NCBI RefSeq assembly: GCF_006345805.1
Contig: NC_042997.1
Location: 95,542,001 to 95,606,000 of the forward strand
Length of the DNA stretch: 64,000 nt
DNA from: Octopus sinensis
Taxonomy: Eukaryota
Reading direction: 5' to 3'
In this document: positions 51,898 to 64,000 of the stretch, piece after piece
How positions within the stretch are numbered: position 1 is the stretch's first letter
How the letters are laid out: the number at the start of each line of letters is the position of its first letter
The notes under the pieces: generated by a model
Database searches by the model: none
What the model saw: only the letters and a program-made list of their open reading frames with translations
What the model was told of the DNA's origin: nothing
Position numbers and translations under genes: made by a program

Positions 51898-52509
51898 GTG
51901 AGTGTTTGTATATCTGAAAGTATGTGTGTTTATACATAAATGTGCACATCCGTATGTGAGTGTTTTAGATACTATGTTATTTTTTCATACACATGAGATA
52001 GCATTTATGGTTTTCTCTGTTTTCTTCGCCAACGCACATGTTCATCCATATAGCGTTTCTCTCAAAGATAGTTAAACCGCCTTCTTCGTTTCATAAACCT
52101 CTCTCTATACAAAGCTGAAGTTGTCTGTGTATGGCAGGTTTGGTAACCTTCAACTAACACTATCTCCTCCGAGACCCTGCGGCGCAAGTTGACCAAAATT
52201 GAGAGTACGATAGAAGAAGGCTTGCTCTTCCTTCCCTAGAAGAAAAAATTCAAATCGAACCATGTTAAGAACAAAAATTATTTACATCAAAAAGGTCCTT
52301 TTTTTTTCTATGAAAATCCTTATTTTTTACTGCTGTGTCGCCATTTTTCGGTGTATTTCAATCAGGAAAATGTTCACTTAAAGAGAATAACAAGCTACAT
52401 AATGCAAAATTTTACTTTTCAAAAATTCCAATTCTAAAGGTTCGAAACAAACCCGAGCAACGCCGGGCGATACTGCTAGTATTGAATAAATTGATATCTA
52501 TCTTTGCGG

Positions 52510-52875
52510 GAGCATGAGCATGCGTACGCGTGCGCGTGTTCACGTATGTATGGGAAGGCATGTGTGTACAAGCGTGCATATCTGTGTTTGTGTGTACATG
52601 TGTGTGTGTGCGTGTGTGTTTGTGTCTCAGTGTGTTTTTATGTATGTGCGTGTTTGTATGTATGTATTTGTATTCATATGCGTGCGAGCTCCTCTGTGTT
52701 TGTGTGTGCGTGTGTACTATTGTATGCGTGTTTCCGTGTTTGTGCGTATGTGAGCATGTGCGTGTCCGTGTGGTCGTGAGGGCATGTCTGTTTCCTTGTT
52801 TGTCTTTGCATGTGCATGTGTGTGTGCGTGTGTCCGTTCTTGTGTGTGCGTATGTGTGCATGTGTGTGTGCATCC
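52510..52875. repeat. Degenerate (GT)-rich low-complexity tract
   Basis: Direct reading. Confidence 0.85.
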
Positions 52876-52899
52876 ATGAATCTTTGTAAGGTCTCTGCT

Positions 52900-55110
52900 T
52901 AATGAGAGTATTTACTATTCAAAGCCGGTCGTGTCTCGTCTATCCAGACTGACTCTTGCTATCTGTCGTAGCGATTCGTCGTCCGGGAGTCTAGACAGGA
53001 ATTGTATGCTAATTCGGTTCAGCACACCAACATGTTTTTTTTTTGGCATTCTTGTACAGTATTGAGGTTAGTCTTTGATTCCTATATTCCTTCCAACGTA
53101 CATTTATACTCTCGGCCTAATTTGTCGCCATTTTTACCTATGTATGCAGTCTTCCGGATTTTACAATCATCATTCATGCAGGTTATTCGTTAAACCACAT
53201 TTCTGGTTTTGCAGTTGACATCGGGGATATATTTGCACACTACACAGTCCTCCTCTACACGCGTGAGTTTTCTGAAGGGTTATGTTTTACATATTATTAA
53301 CATGATGGATCACCCTGCTTTTTCCATGAGTTTTATGTTCAACTTGTTATCCTTCAGGATTTTTCTAAATCTGCGTGCTAGTTCCTCGTGTGATGTGGCT
53401 TCTACAAACACCACCCCTTGGAACTTGTTAGCATTGCACCACGTGTTCTTTTTTATTTGTTTTATCATAAGTTTTCCGTATTTTATTCCACTGCTTACTA
53501 CGGTAATTAGGTTGTGCTCCATCGGCATCCTTATTCACAATCTCTTTCAACTTCTTGCAAGACCCCTGTACACTTGGATTCTATCTTTCTGATTGTATCC
53601 CGAAAATTGCATGCGATGCATGAAGTCTTGTGTGTGTTTCTGTTTCTCCCAAGGTTTGCACAGGGGGGATATATTTTTCATTATTGTAAGTCGGCTATTG
53701 ACATACTAACTTTCACATAGTGTGATAGAGCCGAACTCCTATGTATCACATATTTCGAGGACACAGGTTTCATATAGTGTGAATGGAGAAGTTTGACCTT
53801 GTTATTAATAGTCTCTAGCCAAAGCTCTATGTCAAGGACCGGGAGTTTCTTGTTTGGGTGCCTTGTTGGGTAACTTATTGTTACCCTGATGCTTTGGTGT
53901 ACGGATTTAGCGATGCGCTGGGTGCTTTCCATCATGATCCACTCGTTAACTTCAGTTTGACTGTTTGATGGTATCCTGACTATGATACCGATGTCAACCA
54001 CATATCTCCTGTAAGTCCGATTGCTACCGAGTGTTCCTTAAGAGCTTCTTTCAGTTTCGTGTCCTACCAGGTAATGAAGAGGGCCGTCACGTATCCAGTT
54101 ACACTGACATCGATGGCTGCCCCCTGGACTTGCATATATATAGCTTCTCATTGAATTTAACTATGTGGATCTGTTGGGCGGTTTTTAGACTTGTGTCCGC
54201 TGCACTTGCAATCCTTTTCCGTTTCTGGACGTTATCAACGAGTCGTGGGTACGTGCATTCCATCCACATCAGCGCTTCTTGGTGTTTTTCGTAGCTGCTG
54301 ATGTGATTGTTGGTGGCCTAACTTGTTCCGACCTGGTGGGGCAAAATCTACTAAGGTAGTGGTAATCTAATTATTCACTGTCGTAAACGAGTTCAGGAAG
54401 AGGCCCAGTTCCCTCGTGTTCACCTCACGGAAAACTACTTCGTTTTCGGAGATAATTTCCACACATCTTTCTGCGCCAAATTCAATGTCGATAGATGGGT
54501 AAAGTGATACCACATCCATGCTACCTACCATACAATTTCACAGGTCGTGGGAGCGGTTACATTCATTAAGCCTGCTAAGGTGGTGCTCTGTGCTTTCACA
54601 AACATCAGGAGACAACTCAGTGAGTGATCTTAACACTTGCGAGAGGATGCATGATAGCCTATAATTGCTGGCAATATTGGCGAACAATAAGGGTCTGCGA
54701 TAGGTTTATGGTCTTTTGTAAACCCATAGAGTGTAGGAAAGTTATAGCTTGATGTTATGAAGTTCTGTGCTGTGCGCTTCTTAGGTTGGAGTAAGTTACA
54801 CCACATTCCCATGTGTGTGTTCAGAACTTTATTCTTTCATATTCCTGCGGTGTAACTTCTCTCATGTTTTCGATGTGCTGTTGCACCGAATGGACCAAGT
54901 TTTGCAGGCTGTCTACCGACACTCTGCCGGATTTGTCTGTGGGTAAGCATACTATTTCGTTGTTCCAAACTCTATATTTTAGTTTTTCTGTGCCCATCGC
55001 AGCCACTTTACAGAGTTGATGGGTCTCAACCTCGTTCTGTTTTGGGATAGTCCTACCTTGTTTCTGTGTTATAGTTTTCATGAGTCTGCTTCTAGCCAAA
55101 GAGATCTTGG
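52900..55110 (-). mobile_element. Decayed Penelope-like element (RT + C-terminal GIY-YIG), Naiad-like
   Basis: Across frames: CLPTDKSG; PTLYGFTKDHK; GSMDVVSLYPSI; QGAAI; YVVDIG; YPTRHPNKKLPVLDIELW..HYMKPVSS; VVFVEAT..IKLMEKAG; CVVC..NCKTRNVV*RITC..C..AYIG. Many stops and frameshifts. Confidence 0.8.
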
Positions 55111-55586
55111 CTTCTGTCTTATCTTCTGTGTAAGGTGAGATGCTCGGTCTTTTGTTGAACGGTAAATCTGTTGGATTTCATGTCATAGAATTTGTCGATC
55201 GGGTTATAAAAGAGATTTTCTAAGTTGTTGTTGTTGGCAGTGTTGTCGTTGTTGATGATGCTGTAGTTGTTGTTGGTGGTGTTGTTATTGTTTTTGATTT
55301 TTGTTGTTGTTGTTGCAGCTGCTGCAAAAATGCGATGCAATAATTATTTGACAAAAACAAAACAAAAAAGAAATGACAGCAGTAACAATACTGAACATTT
55401 GAACGATTAACTGTTTTACCAAAGTGTTTAAAATATGAGTTTGAAAAACCAGTAAAATAACGGCTAATAGATAAATTGGTTAATGCAGTATCTAACCCAT
55501 TAACTAACAATGACAATAAAAGACCAAACCAGTTCGTGTGTTTATTTTTGCTGGCATAATGCCCCTCCCAAGGTTCAATAGTATAA

Positions 55587-55626
<40 letters not shown>

Positions 55627-55819
55627 ATGTGTGTGTATGTATGTATGTATATATGTATGTATGTGTATATAAATTAGAGTAGAACCATCTTTTATCAATT
55701 CAACAATGAAATAACAATGATATGATAAAATTATACCATATAGAAAAAAGTTATATATACGATAAAAACATATACCAATAATTAAGTAAAGTACAAAATA
55801 ATAAATAAAAAGTATATAA

Positions 55820-56030
55820 TTTGATGCGTTGGGAACAGAAAGCAGAGATCTAGACAAATGACTTAAGGAGATTGGAAGAGAATACCCTGTAGAGCTCCTA
55901 CAGCCACTTTGTCTATTAGGGGCTGCAAGGATTATCATGTGGGTTCTAAGCACTCGAAAGACTACTCAAAACGTGTCGATACCTAAGGTTACCGGTATTA
56001 ACCTGCTACCCACATCAATCCTACCAGGAA
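55820..56030 (+). mobile_element. 3' end fragment of an R4/Dong-like LINE
   Basis: DALGTESRDLDK*LKEIGREYPVELLQPLCLLGAARII matches the REL-domain C-terminus type seen at 57241-57300. Confidence 0.65.
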
Positions 56031-56389
56031 TAAGACCGAAACTGAATCAAACAAAATAATAAGAATTTGCCACCAGGGCGAAGTATGAAGGGCAGCCAAT
56101 ACAAATGCAGAGAGCGGGGGTTTGCATATAATGAAATGGAAGTAACAGAAAATGTGTGTATGTGAATACACTCACACACACATACATGTCTTGGGCTTCT
56201 TCTGTTAGGCTCTCTACTTCGTTTCTTTTTAAATTGCACTTTTTATTTTAACCAAGCTTAGAATTTTGTTCCACTTCCATTCTTAGTGGATTTCCAATAT
56301 TTGTCAAGTAAAGGCTTCTTTTAATTTGTTTAAGATACCATCTTTGAATTTAATTTTTGTCCTTTTCTCTTGTTAAGCGCTTATTATTA

Positions 56390-56952
56390 TGGAGTGAGAG
56401 AGCAGCGCATGCCATCAAATTGATACTGGGCTACAATTATACGATGCCCAATATACCTATCATGACTACCCTTCTGATAAGGTTATACCAGGCATATGCA
56501 TCACAATGACATGTGCGTGACATGGTGACATTATATCAAGATAAACAGCGCATGACCTTGTAGGTGGGGCTCAATTAGAATTTTCTTCAGGTTGAGTAGC
56601 CCATGCCGCTCAAATGGACCCTGAACAAGGTGATGTTTAAGGATGTTGAATGAAACAACCATGTTTCCAGAGGTGTATTATTCAAACCCCAAGGAGTTCC
56701 TCTCAACCCATGGGTATGATGCTCTCCCGCTATTTCTGATCGTGATCAGAGATACACATATCGTCAGCTACCAAGGGACATGCTCAACTGGTTAAGGTCT
56801 AACAAGTGACAAGCAAATCTCTGGTATTGACTAGAATTTTTACTGTAGCCCATCTTTTATACCAAGACAAAGCAACGTACATGATAACACTTTCAGTCGA
56901 TTAAAATTAAAAGCCATGCGAGCCGCCACTGCCTGGTATTATATCAGGGCAT
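56390..56952. repeat. Probable interspersed repeat (unclassified)
   Basis: A GC-richer ~560-bp block ending at an (ATT)n tract. It resembles an abundant octopus repeat from recall only; there is a single copy in this window. Confidence 0.3.
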
Positions 56953-56997
56953 TTATTATTATCATTATCATTATTATTGTTATCATTATTATTATTA

Positions 56998-57057
<60 letters not shown>

Positions 57058-57058
<1 letters not shown>

Positions 57059-58035
57059 TAGTTTTATTTTTATAGCGTGCTTTCACTTCACTACCGAGCG
57101 CAGCGCTGTTTGCCTTAGGTATATGTGCTGTGATTTGTTGTGATGCTCTGATGGTTCTTGTGTTCTGCGTAGGATGTGTGCAGTGCCTAGTAGTGCAATT
57201 TTCTGTATGTTATATGTGTTTGTAATTCCTGGTGTTTTTGTTATGTATTTGTCTGAATATTTTTTATCATGCCTAATGCACCTACTATGATAGGAATCGT
57301 TTCTGTTTTTAGATTACACATTCTGGTTACCTCTATTTCCAGGTCTTTGTATTTTGAAAGTTTCTCCATTTCTTTTAGAGACACGTTGTCATCTGCCGGT
57401 ATTGATAATTGTCCATCTCCACATATTCTGCAGTTACTTGTTATATTTCTTTTCATTACATGTTTTTGGTAATTTCTGGTGGGGAGGCTTTGGTCTTGTG
57501 CTGCAATTAAAAATCCCTCTGTCTCTGCTTTGAGTCCTGAGCTTCTCAACCATTGCTGGGATCTTTCTTTGTCTATTTCTTTTGCGTTTAGTTTAGTCCA
57601 GTATTTACCATGAAGGGGCTTTTCTTGCCATCGTTTTATCATGGTTCGTTGCTGTTCTATTTTTAGTTTGGATTTCATTTGTTTTATAGCTTTTGTTGTT
57701 TCTTCTTCTTCTTCTTCTTCTTCTTCTTCTTCTTCTTCTTCTTCTTCTTCTTCTTCTTCTTCTTCTTCTTCTTCTTCTTCTTCTTCTTCTTCTTCTTCAT
57801 CATATTTGTTAGGTGGTATGATTTCTTGTTTGTATTTGTCAGATTCCTTAAATACTGAGAAAAAGATTTTGTTTTGCTCTTGTTTTGCCGCTATTTGTAT
57901 CAGTTTCCCTTGCTTCTGAAGTAGGTATTTTTGCAGTCCTATGGTGGTTATTTTATAATAGTTTTCCAGCTTTATAAGGCCTCTACCACCCTATATACGT
58001 TGTATGTATAGCCTTTCTATGTCAAATTTTGGGTG
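57058..58035 (-). mobile_element. 5'-truncated, internally deleted R4/Dong-like LINE between two (TAA)n tracts
   Basis: ORF 57241-57678: WQEKPLHGKY..WLRSSGLKAETEGFLIAAQDQSLPTRNY..CRICG|SIPADDNV..EKLSKYKDLEIE..IPIIVGALG. (ATT)n at ~56960-57057 and ~58035-58165; (TTC)n inside at 57700-57800. Confidence 0.85.
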
Positions 58036-58052
58036 ATGCATCCTAGATCCTG

Positions 58053-58092
<40 letters not shown>

Positions 58093-58097
58093 TATTA

Positions 58098-58148
<51 letters not shown>

Positions 58149-58869
58149 CATCATCATCATATTATTGCATACGTAGGGATTCTTGTCTCATTTTATTTAA
58201 CACACACACACAAACTCACACACTCACATATTTAGATAGATAGACATGTATGTACGTATGCATACAGGCAGGCAGGCAGGCAGCCACGTATATAACGATT
58301 AGATAGATACTTGTTCGTTGTGCTATAAGTTTTACAAAAGTTCACTGAAAATAAATGCAATGCTTCACAGCAACAGGAAACAAGAAAAACTAATTCGTTT
58401 TTTTTTTTTGCTTATTCTTTGAAGGCCAATAGTGTTGCAACGGAAAAAGTGACAATGCTGAAAAATATCTGGATATAATGATGGCAATTTCTGCAATTTC
58501 TGGGAATGGAACATTGCTAATTTTGATATTTAATTGTTAAAAATAGAAAAGTGTTTTCCAAAATACAAACATTTAGATCTATGATATTTTCACCTCACCT
58601 ATTCTAAGTATTGATGAAAGCAATGTTGATTTGTTACTTTCAGCGATAGTTCAGCAGACCCATCAAACGTGTAATTGCATGCGATTAGCAGATGCAGAAA
58701 ACATGTCCTCAAGATACAATACATACCATCATTCGAAGAACTTTTATGTTTACTGATTTCCCCCTCCCATACGAAATTAGCGTTATAAGAAATGGAAACG
58801 TTAAGGTAGTTTATTTTCATTCCGTCAATGCTGACACCGCCAAAGTTAATGCTGTTTCTACGTCTCCTT

Positions 58870-58914
58870 TTGCTACTGCTGCTGCTCCCTCCTCCTCCTC
58901 CCTCTCCTCCTACA

Positions 58915-58946
<32 letters not shown>

Positions 58947-59030
58947 TGCTGCTGCTGCTGCTACTACTAATACTACTATTACTGCTGCTGCTACTACTAC
59001 TACTACTACTACTTTCGGTAAAATGTGGAT
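58870..59030. repeat. Compound (CTG)/(CTC)/(CTA) trinucleotide repeats
   Basis: Direct reading. Confidence 0.9.
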
Positions 59031-60982
59031 TACCACAAACTATCTTTATATATATTATATATGCTTTTACACACTCACACACACATACACACACAAACAC
59101 ACATTCATACACACACAGACAAACACAGACACACACACACACACACCCGTACAGACACATGTACAGACAAGTCTATAAGTGTGTGCCAGCGCATTTCGAT
59201 TCTGTCCACGTCTATCCCCATTATTATTAACTGCTAATTTACTAATTTTACTATTAACTGTACTTTGATTTTCAGTTCCAAATTAAAGGAAAATCGGAGA
59301 TTCGTCTTGGAGTTTGTGTCATGAATTTTTCTTATATTTTGTCTTATATTGTCACCCTCTCTCTCTCTGTCTCCCTGCCTATCTCTCTGTCTTCCTGCTT
59401 CTCTCTTTCTCTCTCACAGACATAATTATATGTATGTAGATACGTATATGTATGCATGTGTGCAATGTTTTGCCTATGTACCCTGCATACAAACCTAAAA
59501 CCCTATGTACTTTTTAATATTTACTAATTGTAGTTTACATAACGATTACTAAAATTATTTTTTAAGCATTTTCCGAAATTACAAACAATAAATCTATAGA
59601 ATATTTTCTACCAAAGGAAAACAAATAAAAATTAAAATAAATCAAAATATACTATAGAAAGGTGTAGGAACGCAAACCGATAGAAATATTTATGAAATAA
59701 AACGTATCTAGCATTTTGTAACAAAACTCAATAAAACAACAACAAAAAAAGCTGAAGAACACGACCTTCATGGTTGTCTAGGTAAGAAGCTAGCATTGTA
59801 ACCATGTGTTCAGGATCCTATTTAGCGACTTCTTAAGTATGTCACTTCTACTATAGCCCCGGGCAGATCAATACCTGATCTAACATGCTCTAATGATATT
59901 AGCAGTGAAACAATCAAATTTAGCAGTCATGATACTGCCTGCAATCTGACTATTCTAACGACATTACCAGAATATGTAGCAACGCTAGCCGTCGTTGTAG
60001 CACGATGAAATCAGCGATAGCTTTGCCAGCTTATACTTTGACTCTGTTAATGGTGAAACACTTCTGATAACATCCACAACGAATCTAAATGATACTATGA
60101 ATATAAATGATGTGTATGTCACTATTAATAATCGTGCTAACTGTATGAAATACCATCATTATAATGGCAGTAACATTTCTAATAATAACCATCCTGAACA
60201 CTCTTAGGAAAGCCCGCCGAATACGAGTAATTCTGTTGGGTCTAACTATAAAAGCATCAAGCTGCATTCTTCGAACAACACTGAAAGTATTTATGTCCAT
60301 AAATCTCTTAAATTATCTAACTGTAAACTACAAATTCCTATGTCCCCTCAATAATTTATGCCTTAATAGATATATTATCTTCAGATATAACAACTATTCT
60401 AACCACATTTACCTCCATCGGTTCAAGTTCTTCCGAATTTTAGCAATCGTTCTTTCAGTTTTAATAAACATAATAAGAGTAAGGTTACATCACACGCAGA
60501 AAAAATGTTAATTAAAAGACAAATAGACTAGATTTCTAATTACCTGAAGCCTTATAAAATATGTATTACCCTACTCATACAATATGTATTACCAAATACA
60601 TATGATATGTAGGGTTGTATGGGAAATACTTAAATGTTCAAGTAATATCCTTTAAAAATCTAGGGAACGTGTACTGCGCTTGGAACCCATTTTCATACTT
60701 TCTGGTTATCTTTAACTTCATAGCTCCTATGAAGCCATATTTTTAACGTGTTCACAACTACTTGTCTCATATAAATATTATTTAAAGCAGTATGTCACAT
60801 TTTCTCATTATTTTATATAAGGGTATGTATGTGTGTGAGTGTATGTGTATCTCTGTATCTGTGTATATATATGTTTGTATTTATGAATATATATGAACTT
60901 ATGTATATATGTGTGTATGTGTGTGTGTGTATGCTTATATATTTATCTACATCTATATTTATCCATCTATCTACTTATCCAT

Positions 60983-61021
<39 letters not shown>

Positions 61022-62052
61022 GTGTATATGTTCACAGGTATAGACATATATCTATGCATAGGTGGATCTGTAACAGTATTTGGAATGCGTTTACTTGTGT
61101 GTGCAGATATGCATGTCCATCATGTACATATATTCGTATGTATATATGTGCGTGCGTGTGTATGTGTGTTTGTGTGTATGAGTTTGAGTGTGAATAAGTG
61201 TGTGTCTATTGTACTTGTGTTGGACAGAAAGAGACGAAAAATTGATGACACTTTTATGGCTTCTGCTGCTTTGAAGTTCGTCGCCATTTATCTCTCGTAA
61301 CTGATACAATATCTGCTTGGTTTGATGACCTTTAATGTAAACTCGAGGCTATAGCATGTCTGTGATTCTTGTATGTTCTCAGTGCAAATATCAGCTATAG
61401 AATAATTTAGATAAGTGAATCTCAATAATATAGTCGTTTGATGTCTCTGCTTCTCACATGCATGTTCAAAACGTACCTTCCGATTTTCTTATAAATTTGA
61501 AAGTTATTTTTAAAGAGCCACTAATCTAACGTCATATTTTTAACATCTTTCCTATTTAAAGTTTTACCTGAATACGGTGAATTATATGTCATGATGTAAT
61601 CTATGAATAAATCAATAAAATTCATCTGAAACAGCTGTCATAAATTTCAATCAGCATTTGTAGTGCTATTCATATCTACGCTATACCTGGAACCAACGAT
61701 AGAGTCGAATCTACGATTTAACTTGTATTTAATACTTACATATCTACACAATCTTACCAACGCTTGACACCTTCATTGTTGTTTACCTCACGGTGAACTC
61801 TATTTTATCGGACCTATTTCTGGCACCCCAAATGTTTACGTACCTAGGTTCTACTGAATCCTTATAGGTAGTGAAAATATTTATGTGTGTATGTTTGTGT
61901 ATGTCTTTGTGTGCATGGATATATGGTGAAACATTGAAACCTGCAGTTTAAATTAATTTTCTGTATATACATTACCGAATCGCTAAATCATCCATTAATT
62001 TGGATGTCGAAAACACATGTAATGCTAGAGAAGCCAGCTGAAGAAAGCCAAG

Positions 62053-62118
62053 ATCGAGCGGGCTTAACTGATGAGGCATCAATTGCCGAAACTGACGTCA
62101 GTATTAAGAATTCTTGAT
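62053..62118 (+). ncRNA. Solitary canonical Type I hammerhead ribozyme
   Basis: ATCGAG CGGG CTTAA CTGATGA GGCA TCAAT TGCC GAA ACTG ACGT CAGT A TTAAG AATT CTTGAT. All core nucleotides are present; stem I 5+6 bp, stem II 4 bp, stem III 4 bp; predicted cleavage after A62103. Confidence 0.9.
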
Positions 62119-62311
62119 GGGCATTTTTCGGAGGATTCAGCTCCTTGTTAGTGTATATGTTTTCATTCATTTGCATTAATTACAGCATTGAACACATTAG
62201 CTTGTATTTCTAGAAATGTAGTTGTTTCTGAACACCCTAGTCATAGTTAGTGAGAGTTATATATCTCGTATTTGGTGAAACAGTGCAAACTGCTGTTTAT
62301 GTTATATATAT

Positions 62312-62381
<70 letters not shown>

Positions 62382-62491
62382 TTATTTATTTATAATAAGA
62401 GTAGATCGTATACGAGTGGGTATATATTTGTAAAAAAGAAGTTTGGAAAACGCCACTATATTAGATAAATTTTAATTTTCTTATGAATTAT

Positions 62492-62535
<44 letters not shown>

Positions 62536-62536
<1 letters not shown>

Positions 62537-62970
62537 GCGCAGGAGGACTTTGTGTAAGAAGCTTGCTTCCCAACCACATGGATCTTGGTTCAGTCCCACT
62601 CTGTGGCACCTTGGCCAAGTGTCTTTTGCTATAGCCTCTGGCCGACCACAGTTTGTCAGTCTATTTGGTAGACGGAAACTGAAAGAAGCCCCTTCGTATA
62701 TATGCAGATGTATATATATATAATATTATATATATATATATAATATATATATAATATATATATATGCTTTTTATATCTGTGTTTGTGTCCACCATCGCAT
62801 GACAACAGATGTTGGTGTGTTTACGTCCCCACAACTCAGTGGTTCGGAAAAACAGACCGATAGAAGTAGTACTGGGATTACAAAGAATAAGTCCTGGGTG
62901 GATTTGTTCGAAATAAGGCGGTGCTGTATCATAGCCGAGGTTAAATGACTGAAATAAAAAGAAACAAGAA
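62536..62970 (+). mobile_element. tRNA-derived SINE interrupted by a (TA)n tract
   Basis: Head with ..gcttcccaaccacatggatcttggttcagtccca (B-box-like GGTTCAGTCCC); the body resumes after the TA tract at ~62765. Confidence 0.65.
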
Positions 62971-62982
62971 TACATATGTGTG

Positions 62983-63017
<35 letters not shown>

Positions 63018-64000
63018 TGTGTGTGTGTGTGTGTGTGTACCAATTTTCTTTTTTTTTTCATTTCAACCGAGATATAAACAGACAAATCTCAGCTTAGCAA
63101 ATGCAGACACATATTTCACCACGGCTTTAAAATGAATCTTAAATCCAAAGACGAAAGGAAATAAACGACTCGTTACGTGCACTTTCTTAGTTCTATTAGT
63201 ACAGAATCCTGCTAAATGGCAAAAAAAAAACAAAATAAACTTATCTAGGTGAGAAACGGGTCACATTATATTTATAGCCTAACCATGCACACAGAGTGCT
63301 AATGGCCTCTCTCTTACCTCTTTATCTTTCTATCTGTCTCCTTTTTGTCCTCGTCTTCCTTGTATCAATCTAACCCTATTGTTAACTCGCAATCAACAAT
63401 ACCCCTGGATCAATGAAGGCTGTTACAGAACTCAATAGTCTCGCAATATACCTACTACCACCTTACTTACACATATTAAGGTATTGGACGCATTTATACA
63501 CATGAAGTCTCATTGTCTATGATATAGATTATCACCACATTTCCCTATGTCATAGGTGCACCATCCTACCAGATTGCAATTGAATATATCATCATAGGTG
63601 CATTTAGCAGAATGCACAAACATTCGGACTAAGTTCCAGCAGAATCTTCCCGTCAAATTTATACTTACGTTGCCTGATCAATATATATCCGGACTGTTGC
63701 TATAATAACGAAACTAAAGCTCGGAGAGAAAAGTCGCCTGTCATAGACTCCCCCTGAACACTCTTGTGCATGTCCACTAAGTTGTTTACAGCAGTGCTTG
63801 GAGGAAACGTGTGAAGCGTGTTATCACCGCATTGACCATGACAGTAAGTTGAGCAGAGAATCTGCATAAAATTTTACCAAAAGCTTAGCGATACCTGCTC
63901 AGTGGGCTACGCAAAGTTTTAAAAAAATCTCATCGTTCTCGACACAATCAAAGTGATCTTATGCAACTGAAACCTGAGTGTCTGTTTGGTCAGCCGAAAG

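Larger units (their letters stand above)
51551..55581. mobile_element. Pair of ~200-250 bp inverted repeats (51551-~51800 and ~55325-55581) with TA immediately outside both; possible long-TIR DNA element
   Basis: Left TA|CCATTGAACCTTGGGTGGGGCATTATGCCAG; right (reverse complement) TA|CTATTGAACCTTGGGAGGGGCATTATGCCAG. The shared text is also visible in the ORF track (MSLLVNGL.TALTNLSI.RYFT). Confidence 0.5.

Noticed and set aside
52905-52990. Possible HHR at the 3' end of the Naiad-like element (GCTA..TAGC and GTC..GAC hairpins)
   Set aside because: No CUGANGA/UUGANAA plus GAAA can be placed on either strand without several changes.
53060-53330. In-frame TGA as selenocysteine in the Naiad-like GIY-YIG region
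   Set aside because: The TGA is not at a Cys position, the Cys motifs use TGT/TGC, and TAA/TAG stops are also present, which fits ordinary decay.
49558-59800. Isolated CUGANGA hits followed by hairpins (49558, 59752 and others)
   Set aside because: No GAAA and no stem III/I pairing after the hairpin; expected by chance.
61985-62030. Second HHR-like fold upstream of the solo ribozyme (CATCCA/TGGATG, GAAAAC ACAT GTA)
   Set aside because: It lacks a CUGANGA core and has wrong spacing.
63300-63800. Possible RTE/CR1-type RT remnant on the minus strand
   Set aside because: Only vague GD/DD-like motifs across several frames; too decayed to support.

Overview
Repeat-rich eukaryotic DNA. It is AT-rich and crowded with (TA)n/(CA)n/(TAA)n microsatellites and tRNA-derived SINEs whose sequences I recall as octopus-type, so a cephalopod origin is inferred. 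No long intact host CDS is visible. The main result is that the window opens inside a head-to-tail array of ~535-bp units (1-~6814, 13 ribozyme copies, truncated by the left edge). Every unit carries a Type I hammerhead ribozyme (HHR) on the + strand: CUGACGA / GCUA..UAGC / GAAAC-AAUU-GUC, closed by an 11-12 bp stem I. This is the architecture of a non-LTR retrozyme, a non-coding retroelement copied via circular RNA, here with a large monomer and an unusually extended stem II. Other HHRs occur further along. A perfect solitary Type I HHR lies at 62053-62118. A Penelope element with an inverted terminal repeat carries two U3-A8 compensatory-variant HHRs. There are also several variant or fossil HHR motifs. 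Other elements are a second decayed Penelope-like element (Naiad-like), a deleted mariner, Dong/R4-like LINE fragments associated with (TAA)n tracts, a TA-flanked ~200-250 bp inverted-repeat pair and many SINEs. All RNA structures were paired by eye; none was computed or tested.
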